A stretch of DNA of 64,000 bases from Candidatus Poribacteria bacterium (GTDB taxonomy: Bacteria; Poribacteria; WGA-4E; PCPOR2b): contig OZ242351.1 in the NCBI GenBank assembly GCA_965208675.1, positions 1,344,001 through 1,408,000 of the forward strand, written 5' to 3'. Below, one piece after another: positions 10,803 through 20,694 of this stretch. A program made the translations under genes and the position numbers. The first letter of the stretch is position 1, and every line of letters starts with the position of its first letter. The notes beneath the pieces were generated by a model that worked only from the letters and a program-made list of their open reading frames with translations, did not search any database and had not been told where the DNA came from.

Positions 10803-11708
10803 ATGGGGAAATTTGCCTCACTAGCCACGCCTGACGTTTCACACGAGGGCGGACTAACATTGATTGAACTGCTTATAGCGGTGAGTATTCTTGTCATCAT
10901 CAGCGGTTCTACCTACACCGCTTTCAATATGGCGATGAATGTATATCAGAAAACAGGATCGCGGATAGTAATGTCTCAGAAGTGTAGAATTGCGTTAGAC
11001 CGAATCGTCACAGATTTAAGCAATTTGCAGGCGGTGCAGGGAGATGATGCACTGGCGCTCATCTCGCAGGAAAATTCGAATGAAACCGGCGAGTGGGATC
11101 TGGTTAGCTTTGTAACACTCGCTCATACGGCTCCCGATCCGTTCCTTGCTGAATTGAACGCAGCGAGAGGATTGGTAGATGAAGGCGGCGAAATACAGGA
11201 AACGCTCGCCGGCGACGTGCAGCGCGTCAGCTACTATATTGGTAGAGATCCGATTCGGGAACAGGGCGGTTCGGCGTTACGCGGCGAAATGTTAGGCATA
11301 AATGGCCAAGCAGATGAGACGACGGCGCTTTTACGGGTGACAACAGCATCACTGAATCCTGAAACAGTGGTGCTGCCGCTCATTGAAACTGGATCAATCC
11401 CGCCCGAAGATGACGAGGGCAATCCTATAGAGGTGGACATTGTTCCAATTATCAATCAGATTGCCTCCCTCGACCTAAAGTATTTTGACGGAGAAACCTG
11501 GTACGATTCATGGGAGAGCGGAGAGATGATTCCAAAGGCAGTTGAAGTGACAATTACCGTTGCTAGCGAGAATAGCATTCAATCGAGAACACAAGCCGCA
11601 CGCCAAGGTGTTGCGCACGAGACCCAATCCACTATGGTGTATCTGTTAATGAGCGCGAATTTTAACGAGCAACCGCCCAGTAGCCCCAACGCCGCACCGG
11701 GCGGCTGA
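10803..11708 (+). CDS. gspJ: Minor pseudopilin, GspJ-like
   Basis: G|LTLIELLIAV, 'VQRVSYY', 'YFDGETWYDSW...PKAVEVTIT'. Confidence 0.8.
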   Translation: MGKFASLATPDVSHEGGLTLIELLIAVSILVIISGSTYTAFNMAMNVYQKTGSRIVMSQKCRIALDRIVTDLSNLQAVQGDDALALISQENSNETGEWDLVSFVTLAHTAPDPFLAELNAARGLVDEGGEIQETLAGDVQRVSYYIGRDPIREQGGSALRGEMLGINGQADETTALLRVTTASLNPETVVLPLIETGSIPPEDDEGNPIEVDIVPIINQIASLDLKYFDGETWYDSWESGEMIPKAVEVTITVASENSIQSRTQAARQGVAHETQSTMVYLLMSANFNEQPPSSPNAAPGG

Positions 11709-11716
11709 ATGGGTGA

Positions 11717-13276
11717 ATGAATAATTTTAGGAAACCACATCTATACTTTTCAGGTGACAAATTAGGTGTCCCGCATTGCCGCTCCTGCCCGGTATGCAAC
11801 TGCGAATTAGGCTTGTCGCTGATCGCCACGCTGTGGATATTGACAATCCTCTCTGTGCTAGCAACCCAGTTTCTCTATTCAATCCGCCTCGAACAACGAG
11901 CGCAGGCTAATTTTGTTGAACGAACGAAGTTCTACTATACGGCGAAAGCAGGTTTTGAGAAGTCAATCGCAATTCTGCGCGGGGATACAACGTCCTACGA
12001 TGCGCTCGGCGAAAACTGGGCACAGGACATGGAAGAGCAGATTGAAGAGGCAAGCAGGGTTGGGAACGCGCTAACCTATCGAGTGTCTATCACGGACGAA
12101 GAATCAAAAGTCAATTTGAATTCGGCGGATGTAAACGTAATACGAGGGTTGCTTGGTACTGTAGGCCATGACGTGGCGGAATCGGCAGAACAATCGCCGC
12201 TTGCAGACGCAATCGTAGAGGGGCGCCCCTATCGGACAGTATTGGACGTGGCGCGAATTGAAGGCATGACACAGGAATTACTCTACGGCCGGCGACGCCT
12301 CACCCAAGGATTCTCCGCCGTAAATCGGAATCAAGACGCAGCGGAAGGATCCAACACGAAAGGTCTAATTGATTACGCGACAATTTATTCTATTGACAAA
12401 AACACCGACGCTAACGGGCAACCGAGGGTAAACGTCAACAGTGCAGACGCTCAACAGATATCACAGATCCAGGGCTCGAATAATCAGCCGGTGTTTTCAC
12501 AAGGCGAAGCGGAGTCACTAATCCACCAGCGATCGCTCAAGGGTATAGGCGATCTGATAGACGCTCAAGCTGTTTCAAATCAAATTTTTGACAATATTCG
12601 CGCTCGAATCACCGTAGAAGACAGCGATGGGGAAAACAACCAGGAAAACGCTGAGAACGACAATGAGAATAGCGATAAGGAAAGCGGTGAGAACAACCAA
12701 GAACAGGTCAACATTAACACCGGCGATGCAGGCAATTTAGCATCACTTGACGGCATCGATCAAGGAATTGCCGAACGGATCATAGAACATCGCGAAAACG
12801 AGGGCGCGTTTGAAAATGTGGATGAACTCAAGGAAGTTAAATTAATTACGTCAGATGAGTTCAAGAGCATTGTCGATCGAATCACCACCGTTGACGATGC
12901 GACGCGTAGCGGACTAATTAACGTCAATACCGCGTCCAACGAGATTTTACAGTTGTTGCCGGGGATGGATTCAAATAAAGCCCAAGCAATTGTTAACCGC
13001 CGTGAGGCAGCCCCGGCAAGCGGACAACAGAATCAGGCATTAGTGCAAAATGCAATTACCGGAAACCCATTTACAAACACCGCTCAACTGCTTGATGTAG
13101 AAGGAATTGATCTAAACACGTTCCGGCAGATTGTAGATCTCATTACCTACCGGTCGCACGGCTTTCTCATCGAATCTTCCGGTGTCGATTCACGAGGAAA
13201 ATCGCTTGCGTCCTGTGTCGGCGCGATTGATCGGACTGGACCTCAGGTTGTCGTCAAGTATTGGAAGCAGGATTGA
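11717..13276 (+). CDS. gspK: Minor pseudopilin GspK with expanded helix-hairpin-helix units
   Basis: G|LSLIATLWIL (no E5, as in GspK), 'ITDEESKVNLNSA', repeated 'VN[IV]N[ST]A/G...L..L.G' units, C-terminal 'FLIESSG'. Confidence 0.8.
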   Translation: MNNFRKPHLYFSGDKLGVPHCRSCPVCNCELGLSLIATLWILTILSVLATQFLYSIRLEQRAQANFVERTKFYYTAKAGFEKSIAILRGDTTSYDALGENWAQDMEEQIEEASRVGNALTYRVSITDEESKVNLNSADVNVIRGLLGTVGHDVAESAEQSPLADAIVEGRPYRTVLDVARIEGMTQELLYGRRRLTQGFSAVNRNQDAAEGSNTKGLIDYATIYSIDKNTDANGQPRVNVNSADAQQISQIQGSNNQPVFSQGEAESLIHQRSLKGIGDLIDAQAVSNQIFDNIRARITVEDSDGENNQENAENDNENSDKESGENNQEQVNINTGDAGNLASLDGIDQGIAERIIEHRENEGAFENVDELKEVKLITSDEFKSIVDRITTVDDATRSGLINVNTASNEILQLLPGMDSNKAQAIVNRREAAPASGQQNQALVQNAITGNPFTNTAQLLDVEGIDLNTFRQIVDLITYRSHGFLIESSGVDSRGKSLASCVGAIDRTGPQVVVKYWKQD

Positions 13277-13314
13277 CGTATAAATTTGGTAACCATCGGA
13301 CTTAAGGCATAAAT

Positions 13315-15069
13315 GTGGCTAAGCACCAGGTTGTATCTATTGACATAGGCGCAAGCGCAATAAAATTATCGCGGCTAGAGCAAACGCCGGCAGGGCTGCA
13401 ATTGGTTTGTGCAGGAATAGAACAGTACCCGCAAGATAACCCAACGGGGGAGATTGACGACAAGACGATTCAACAGACGTTGCAGAAACTCTGGAAGAGG
13501 ATTCTAGGTCGAAAAAAAATTCCAGTCGTCTTATCCATTCCCAGGCTGTTGGTGACTTCACGGCGTTTAACTAACCTGCCAGATGCCGTGACCAACGATC
13601 AGCTCGCAAGTCTTGTTGCTATCCAAGCGGAAACTGAATTGCCATTCACGCCGGAACAGGCCGTCTTCGATTATCATGATGTGCGCCGTGACGGCGAGAC
13701 TGGGGTGTCCGTGGAACTCATTGCGGCGCGGCGAGACGCGGTGCAAAAACAGATAGATTATCTGCAACCACTTGGAATTCTGCCAAGGGCGATGCTGCCT
13801 TCGACGTTAGCAATTTGTGTGTTGGCGGGCATGGAACTCAACGGTAATTCGTCCGATCAGCGAATATTGGTCGTGGATATTGGGGCAAGCCGGACGGATT
13901 TGTGTGTTATGCGAGGGAAGGTCCTTCAGTTTTCGCGGAGTTTTCCTATCGGTGGAGATTCATTAACGCGCTACTACCAAAGTGAAACAGGTGACGACTT
14001 TGGGAGCGCTGAACGTAATAAGATTGCTAACGCTGAACTAAACGGGAGGTATCAAAGCGCAACACCTACTTATGTATGGGCTAAAGAATTCATTACTGAA
14101 CTGAAACGGTCGATTGGCGCGGCAAGCCGGGAACTCGATTTGACGGAGAGTGAACTCGTCCGTGAAATCTGGTTATGCGGCGGAGGTGTCCAAATCTCCG
14201 GCTTTTCGACTTACGTCGCTGCTCAACTGCAAATTCCCGCACGTCTATGGAACCCACTCGAAGCACTTAGGTCTTCAATCCCCAACCAATCCTTGGAAAA
14301 TCTGGATGAATTACAGCCGAACCGCCAATCTATTGAGGGTTTTGGAAGCAGTCTAGCTGTATCGCTCGGGCTCGGAGTGAATGCCCTCACTCGTCAGATT
14401 ACGCTGGATCTCCTGCCAAAGGAAGAAAAAGCTAAGCTCACGCAAGCGGAAAGAAAGTCGCAGATGTTCATGGGTATCGCGGCAGGAGCGGTGCTGCTCT
14501 TCGGTTTGGCATTAGGTGGGTTGACATGCCGCGCATCCCACCAATCGAAAATCGATGACTTGGACGACGAGATTCGAAGTATAAAAGGGGCGGAATCTCG
14601 CGCAAAAAATGCATTAGTCAAAAATTTGGCAATAGCAGACCTATTGACGCCTCGCAGCTCGCCCTTAGATATTTTTCGTGAATTTAGCCTCCGCTTCACC
14701 GATCGCACGAAAATCGCCTGGACAAATTTGAACATCAGCCATCTTGATGACCCCGATAAAGCGAAAATTGTGTTTAGTGTAGAAGCTAGCTCCCATCAAG
14801 AAATTAGCAAGATGCTCAGCACAATGGCCCAATCTGGGCTGGTCAAGGACATTAAATCTGGACAGATTACAAGTATCGATCGTGACAAAAAACAGATTTC
14901 CCAGGTGCAAGTGACTTGCAACCTGTCACCGCAATCTGTACGACTGTTTGCTCAAGCGCGGCACCGCCATCCGGTTGTGGGTCAGATTGAGACAGAAGAG
15001 ACGGATATTTGGTCAGAAAAAGACGAAAAACAGTCTGAACCGGCAGAAGGCGACTACAACGAAGAATAG
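13315..15069 (+). CDS. pilM: PilM-like actin-fold protein fused to a TM segment and PilN/GspL-like periplasmic domain
   Basis: 'VSIDIGASAIK', 'LVVDIGASRT', 'FPIGGDSLT', 'IWLCGGG', then 'LDLLP' (PilN INLLP-like), a TM helix and a periplasmic domain. Confidence 0.8.
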   Translation: MAKHQVVSIDIGASAIKLSRLEQTPAGLQLVCAGIEQYPQDNPTGEIDDKTIQQTLQKLWKRILGRKKIPVVLSIPRLLVTSRRLTNLPDAVTNDQLASLVAIQAETELPFTPEQAVFDYHDVRRDGETGVSVELIAARRDAVQKQIDYLQPLGILPRAMLPSTLAICVLAGMELNGNSSDQRILVVDIGASRTDLCVMRGKVLQFSRSFPIGGDSLTRYYQSETGDDFGSAERNKIANAELNGRYQSATPTYVWAKEFITELKRSIGAASRELDLTESELVREIWLCGGGVQISGFSTYVAAQLQIPARLWNPLEALRSSIPNQSLENLDELQPNRQSIEGFGSSLAVSLGLGVNALTRQITLDLLPKEEKAKLTQAERKSQMFMGIAAGAVLLFGLALGGLTCRASHQSKIDDLDDEIRSIKGAESRAKNALVKNLAIADLLTPRSSPLDIFREFSLRFTDRTKIAWTNLNISHLDDPDKAKIVFSVEASSHQEISKMLSTMAQSGLVKDIKSGQITSIDRDKKQISQVQVTCNLSPQSVRLFAQARHRHPVVGQIETEETDIWSEKDEKQSEPAEGDYNEE

Positions 15070-15080
15070 GGTGAGCGTGG

Positions 15081-16610
15081 ATGAAAAAATTTACGAAGCG
15101 TGAAAGAGTGTTGCTGGTTATTGTCGTCGTTGTTGTTGTCGCCATTTTAATTGTGCAGCTTGGACGCGCAGCTCGTCAAGGGTTTTCAGGAGGAACGCTG
15201 GCTGATAAACGCAGCGCGCTGCAGACCGCTCGTGAACTAGTTTCACTCTCCGAAATAATCGAACGAATTGGCGGAAACCTACGGGAGAACGTCGGTCTTC
15301 AGGGACAAATTATCTCCGATTCCTTATATGATGTGCTTGCAAGTCAGATTGACCTAGACGACCTCAATCGTGTGCAGCACGCGTCCGGTCTGGCAGTTTT
15401 GCACCCCGCACTCGGTGGAAAAGCGGATACACTTGTTGCGTTTAAGAAACGGAATGGAGATTTCAAGAGTTTAGATGAGTTGAAAAAGGTGCGTGGCCCC
15501 ATTTTTGAGGGAGAGCAACCCGAGGCGGTGATATCACGGCGAATTGCTATTCTAGCTGGGAAAGCGGGGCTTCGGCCGAACTATCAACTGAATATGAAGG
15601 CTAGGCCGGGCAGGAACACTGAGGCGATTGCATCTCACGTGAAAAGAAGCCTCGTGGTTTATTTATACAATAGTGAGTTAAACGAGGAATTAAAACAGCT
15701 ACAGGCGCGGCAGAAATCAATTGAGGAGGAAAGCAATACCAGAATGGCGGAAATGGACGAGGAGGCATCGGATGCTATGCTTGATGCATGGCTGAATGAT
15801 GATAAATCTGATGCGGGGAAATCAGAAGCAATGGAAAACTCCGCGGCAGACAAACCCCAGACAGAGGGAGAAGTGAACGATATTTCCGTGGATGAGCAAG
15901 ATGTAGAAATGAATCTACCTAACGGATCCGAAGAAAATTCGCCGTCGAATCTAGATTCTCAGTTAGTGGCTTCTAGCATGAACAAGAGCGATTATGCGGT
16001 AAGAACGGTGCCATCCGATCGTCAATTCATTCCATTGCCCGAGGTAATTGATTTACCGGTGCGTATTCAGCTAATCCAATTTATACAACACAACTTAAAA
16101 CTTGAGATGGCGGGTGCCGCGGAATCTAAGGAAGGGTTTGTTGCAAATGAGATTGCTTCCGCGATGGACGTGGTACAGAGTAAGTTCTTGGGGTTTGGCT
16201 CAAAACGGCAGACAGTACGAGTTCAGTTGAGACCGGATAGCGAACTGCGGCTAAAACTCTGGGAATTGGTCAATCGGCGTGAAAGCGAACAGAGCATGTT
16301 TGAAAGCGAGATTGAAGAAGCAGTCGATTTTGATGAACAACTAATAGCACTCACCGCATACGTAGCTGACATTCAACAGCGTATAGAGGAACTGCTGGGA
16401 TTGCTTGCAAAAATCCCTTCAACCTACCACCCGGAAAAATATATTGTTGAAATGAACTTCAAAGGCGAAATGGGTAAGATTGTCGAACTGATGAGATTAA
16501 TCGAATCGTCATCAAGATGGTTGTTTCTCAGAGATCTCAGAATTTCCATCGCTGACAGGAAGGAAACAGTGCTCAGTGCCGATTTGTCCATGATTGCAAA
16601 GGTGCTTTGA
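15081..16610 (+). CDS. GspM/PilO-like bitopic protein with inserted HhH-like and acidic regions
   Basis: 'FTKRERVLLVIV' N-terminus and C-terminal 'VEMNFKGEMGKIVELMRLIESSSRWLFLRDLRI' are typical of GspM/PilO; position in the cluster. Confidence 0.65.
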   Translation: MKKFTKRERVLLVIVVVVVVAILIVQLGRAARQGFSGGTLADKRSALQTARELVSLSEIIERIGGNLRENVGLQGQIISDSLYDVLASQIDLDDLNRVQHASGLAVLHPALGGKADTLVAFKKRNGDFKSLDELKKVRGPIFEGEQPEAVISRRIAILAGKAGLRPNYQLNMKARPGRNTEAIASHVKRSLVVYLYNSELNEELKQLQARQKSIEEESNTRMAEMDEEASDAMLDAWLNDDKSDAGKSEAMENSAADKPQTEGEVNDISVDEQDVEMNLPNGSEENSPSNLDSQLVASSMNKSDYAVRTVPSDRQFIPLPEVIDLPVRIQLIQFIQHNLKLEMAGAAESKEGFVANEIASAMDVVQSKFLGFGSKRQTVRVQLRPDSELRLKLWELVNRRESEQSMFESEIEEAVDFDEQLIALTAYVADIQQRIEELLGLLAKIPSTYHPEKYIVEMNFKGEMGKIVELMRLIESSSRWLFLRDLRISIADRKETVLSADLSMIAKVL

Positions 16611-17455
16611 CCCCCATGAAAAGACACTTGCTATTTTACATTACCATTGCATTGTTCACCATTAGAATATTGCCGGCAAACGGCGATATGGACATACCCC
16701 CATTTGCGAAAGATATACTTGAAAAAAAAGGCATTTCAATAGCCGACTTACAAAACGACCCGGAACTTCGCAAAAAGTGGTTAAGGAAATTCCGGGACAT
16801 GGGCGGCAATAAGCAACACGACAAAACACCAGACGACGTTGGCGTAGATTTGAGCCCTGATCCTCAATTCTATAAGGTCATCACTGAAAACAACCTATTC
16901 CGTCCACTCGGATACCGCAAGGAAAAACCGGGACCGCCATTTGAACTCCTTGCTACCGTCGTCAATCATGAATCTGCCGGAAGCAAAGTTTTAATCCGAA
17001 GCAATGCTGATCGGCAAGTCTATTATGTAGGGGTTGGTGAAGAGTTTGCTGGCGCAAAGGTTGAGTTGATTGAACCACTAAAAGTGATGGTTTTCCACCA
17101 CGGGAAATCACAGGAATTTCGAGCTTCAACAGGAGAATTTCTTGGAGGTGGCGGTCATGAGCGCAAACATCAGCACCGCACGAGAAATCGCGAATCCGCG
17201 GCGAAATCGGAGGGCAGAGAATCCAATTTTGGCCGCGGAGACCGCGAATTTGAAGGTATGGAACGAAAACTCAGACATCTGCCGCCAGAAGAACGAAGGA
17301 AATTTATGCGTGAAATGATGCGAAAGCGGAGGGAAGCATCCGGAGGCAAACGTCGAGGGAATCGAGGCAAGGAACGTGAAGAAAAAGAGGAGCGAGATGA
17401 CGAAGATGAGAAGAAAGATGACAATCGCACCGACGAAAAGAAAGACAGAAAGTAG
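16607..17455 (+). CDS. GspC-like protein with a charged low-complexity tail
   Basis: 'NNLFRP...FELLATVV....KVLIR....YYVGVGEEFAGAKVELIEPLKV' resembles the GspC HR domain; lies before the secretin; R/E/K/D-rich C-terminus. Confidence 0.55.
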   Translation: MTPMKRHLLFYITIALFTIRILPANGDMDIPPFAKDILEKKGISIADLQNDPELRKKWLRKFRDMGGNKQHDKTPDDVGVDLSPDPQFYKVITENNLFRPLGYRKEKPGPPFELLATVVNHESAGSKVLIRSNADRQVYYVGVGEEFAGAKVELIEPLKVMVFHHGKSQEFRASTGEFLGGGGHERKHQHRTRNRESAAKSEGRESNFGRGDREFEGMERKLRHLPPEERRKFMREMMRKRREASGGKRRGNRGKEREEKEERDDEDEKKDDNRTDEKKDRK

Positions 17456-17667
17456 TTGCAATTGGTAGATGCTCATATAAATCGTAAATGTAGCACTCTT
17501 CGCTATGTCATTAGGAATTCAAACAGTAAGATTTAGAAATCATTGACGAAGGTTTTCCGTATTTCGCCATACTTAATCGGCACCAGGGGCGGGCTGAAAA
17601 TCCAAAGTTATTCCATACATTGAGTAGATATTTAGATTAATTTCATGAATCAGTCCAGGGGTATTCT

Positions 17668-20600
17668 ATGAAAATACGTTCCGAAGCAATTCAGAGGTTA
17701 GAAATCTTAATATTCTTGGTTTTAGCGGCGATTGTTACTGCGGGCACTGCCGGGTATGTAACGCCTGCCTTAGGCGAGGAAGACAATCGGAAGGGGATGA
17801 AGGTCGCGGAACGGGATGAAGCCGGAAAAGCCGTCAGATTCGACTTCGACTTCACAAGTGGAGATTTGCAAAACCTAATTAAGTTCATCAGCGAAGAAGC
17901 CGATCTCACGATTGTCGCCGCCGAAAACGACATTAAAGACAAGAAGTTCGCTCTTACTAATCTCAGAAATGTGACAATTGAGGAAACGTTGGAAGAAATC
18001 AAAACTGTTTTATCACAATACAATCTGACAATGATACGTACCAATAAAACAGTACTTATCACCACATTTAACAAAGCAGTACAGATGAAAGTACCCGTCA
18101 AACGCGTCACTGCTGATCCCAATCTAATTGAGCCGACTGACGAAATCCAAACCTACATCATCCAGTTGAATAGCGCTACGGCATCGGAGTTGGTAGGAGG
18201 CATTAAACCGCTACTGAACAGTGCAGCGAACATTTTCGCCGACGCAAACAGTAATTCGCTGATAATCACCGATCTCGCCTCCAATATTCGCAGGATTGTT
18301 ACCATTTTGCAGGTCGCGGACGAAGATCCGGACGTACCGTTAAAGGTCGAGGTAATTCCATTGACCAATGCAACAGCCAGGTCCTTAGCACAAACCCTTA
18401 GCGAAGTGTTTCGCCAAGAAGAACAAGTTACTAACATACTCAGGAAAATGAGCTATACCAGCAATCCGGATGAAATGCGTGAGATGATGGAAAAAGCCAA
18501 GAACAGCGGCGCGGGTATTGACATGATTCGCGGCCGCATCCAGATTGCTGCAGACGAAAGTTCAAATTCGCTCATCATTAAAGCGTCCGAGCCGAATCTT
18601 GTTGTGCTTAGGGAACTGATTCAGCAATTAGATACGGCGCCGAGCGTCCAAACAGAAATGCGTATCTTCCGATTGAAACATGCTATAGCTGAAGACATCG
18701 CTCAAACACTCGAAGAAATCATTACTGGCCAAACCGCCGGGCGTCGTCCGGGTCGATACGCCAGTAGGTGGGAAAGACGCGAATGGCAGAACCGGCGCAG
18801 CCGTTTACGCAGAGAGACTGCTGAACAGGAACATCAAGGCATTATCGGTACGGTAAATATTGCATCAAGCGATCACTTGAATGCTGTGGTTATCGCCTCA
18901 GATCCGCGAAACTTCCCAATTATCGAAAAACTCATTACAGAACTCGACCAATCCGACCCGCAAGAAGAGATTCGACTCTACTTTATGAAATTTGCACAAG
19001 CCGTGACAATAGCGCAGAATCTTCAAGATCTCTTTGAAGGCGGCAGCGCGGGGCGCGATCAAAACCGAACCTGGTGGGATCGGCAAGAGCTTTCTCGGAC
19101 AGATACAGCGGGGTTTGGCATCCAAGGGCCTGTCCACCTTGTGCCGGATGCGAGATTGAATGTTTTGATGGTTTCCACAGCGGAACAGAATTTTGAAACC
19201 ATTGAGGATCTCATTAAACGACTTGACGTGAGCATGCCGGACCAAGAATGGGCGACACGGGCTTACTTCTTGGAATATGCAGACGCCGAGAATGTCGAGA
19301 CGATTATCAATAACCTATACCGCCAAGGCGGCGGTACATCACGCGCGTGGTGGATGCCTAATCAACCGAACCAAAACCGGAGCGCGCTTGCCGGAAATGT
19401 GACGGCCGAGGCTTACCCAACGCTGAATGCAGTCTTCATTTCAACCGCGACACAGCGTAATTTCGAACTCATTTGGGAGGTTATTGAGCAGATAGATGTG
19501 CCAACACCGGAAGCGCAGAAGGAGATTACAAAACCCATTCGCCTCGAATACGCTAACGCAGAGCAGATAAAGGATGTGTTGAGTGAAGTATGGGAAGGTG
19601 ATGACGAACGCCAAGGTTTCAGTTGGAGACGCTACTTCACACGCGGTGGACGCGGTGAACAGAAAGATATCAATTCCCTGCGCGGTAAAGTCACCGTCTT
19701 CGCCGACCCAGACACCAATTCGCTCATCGTAACCACGGCTCAGCGCTATCTGCCAGACGTTGAAGCCCTGATTCGAGGCCTTGATTTCGTGCGCGGTCAA
19801 GTCTGGATCGACATCCAGATTCTTGAGGTGACGCTGGATGAAACCACGAAATTAGGCCTTGAATTGACCGCACAAGAAAATAGGCTATTCGGTGAGGAAC
19901 TGCGCGCTGGCAATCCCCTGGTCGGGGGTTTAAATACTAAATTCGCTCTTGATCAGGAAATCAGTGGTTTCACCTACAGCGTGGCGACGAAAGAATACAT
20001 GGCGCTTCTTCACACACTAATGCGGGAAAACAAAGTCAAGACGTTATCGACCCCTTCACTGCTAACGCGGGATAACCAGGAAGCGACGTGGAGCCGCGGA
20101 CGTTCGATTCCGTATCTACAGAGTGTTGATACCAGAAGCCTTTTGGGCGACACGGTCAATCAGCCCTTGTTTAATTACGATTTCATTACGCCGCCCGTCG
20201 GCATCAACATCACGATTAAGCCCCACATTGCAAAGTCTAAAGCGGGACCAGACGGCAAACGCACGATAGGGTTGGAGATTGTGCAAATCCAAGCCAGTAA
20301 CTTTATTGAGTTTACAGACTTCAACGCGCCAATCACGGAAGATAGCTCCATCAGCGCTTACATTGACGTGGAGGACGGACAGAGAATTGTGGTAGGGGGA
20401 ATGATCAAGCAAAAACAACAGAAAATTGAAAGTAAAATGCCAGTCTTGGGTGACATTCCATTTTTGGGCAACTTGTTCAGAAGGACAGAAACCGTGACTG
20501 AAAATTCTGAGATTGTCATTATTATCACCCCCCACATCATTGATATTAAAAACCCGGACGATCTCCGCAGGCTAGAAGAACAGGCAAAGGAGTGGCGTTC

Positions 20601-20694
20601 AAACAACAATAGTACGCCAATTGAACAAGGGCAAGGTGAAGGTGAAACCAGCCGAGCCATCAGCGAAGAAGCGGGCGAGAAAATGGACAAGTAG
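17668..20694 (+). CDS. gspD: Type II secretion secretin GspD, elongated (N0, six KH-like N domains, secretin domain)
   Basis: N0 'DLQNLIKFISE'; repeated 'L..A.A..I...L / AD..NSLI' units; 'QVWIDIQILEV', 'LSTPSLLTRDNQEA', 'PVLGDIPFLGNLFR', 'IIITPHII'. Confidence 0.92.
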   Translation: MKIRSEAIQRLEILIFLVLAAIVTAGTAGYVTPALGEEDNRKGMKVAERDEAGKAVRFDFDFTSGDLQNLIKFISEEADLTIVAAENDIKDKKFALTNLRNVTIEETLEEIKTVLSQYNLTMIRTNKTVLITTFNKAVQMKVPVKRVTADPNLIEPTDEIQTYIIQLNSATASELVGGIKPLLNSAANIFADANSNSLIITDLASNIRRIVTILQVADEDPDVPLKVEVIPLTNATARSLAQTLSEVFRQEEQVTNILRKMSYTSNPDEMREMMEKAKNSGAGIDMIRGRIQIAADESSNSLIIKASEPNLVVLRELIQQLDTAPSVQTEMRIFRLKHAIAEDIAQTLEEIITGQTAGRRPGRYASRWERREWQNRRSRLRRETAEQEHQGIIGTVNIASSDHLNAVVIASDPRNFPIIEKLITELDQSDPQEEIRLYFMKFAQAVTIAQNLQDLFEGGSAGRDQNRTWWDRQELSRTDTAGFGIQGPVHLVPDARLNVLMVSTAEQNFETIEDLIKRLDVSMPDQEWATRAYFLEYADAENVETIINNLYRQGGGTSRAWWMPNQPNQNRSALAGNVTAEAYPTLNAVFISTATQRNFELIWEVIEQIDVPTPEAQKEITKPIRLEYANAEQIKDVLSEVWEGDDERQGFSWRRYFTRGGRGEQKDINSLRGKVTVFADPDTNSLIVTTAQRYLPDVEALIRGLDFVRGQVWIDIQILEVTLDETTKLGLELTAQENRLFGEELRAGNPLVGGLNTKFALDQEISGFTYSVATKEYMALLHTLMRENKVKTLSTPSLLTRDNQEATWSRGRSIPYLQSVDTRSLLGDTVNQPLFNYDFITPPVGINITIKPHIAKSKAGPDGKRTIGLEIVQIQASNFIEFTDFNAPITEDSSISAYIDVEDGQRIVVGGMIKQKQQKIESKMPVLGDIPFLGNLFRRTETVTENSEIVIIITPHIIDIKNPDDLRRLEEQAKEWRSNNNSTPIEQGQGEGETSRAISEEAGEKMDK

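Noticed and set aside
17543-17573. Internal promoter before gspD (TTGACG...CATACT)
   Set aside because: The 19-bp spacer and weak -10 make it too poor to call, although the 212-bp AT-rich gap may hold a promoter.
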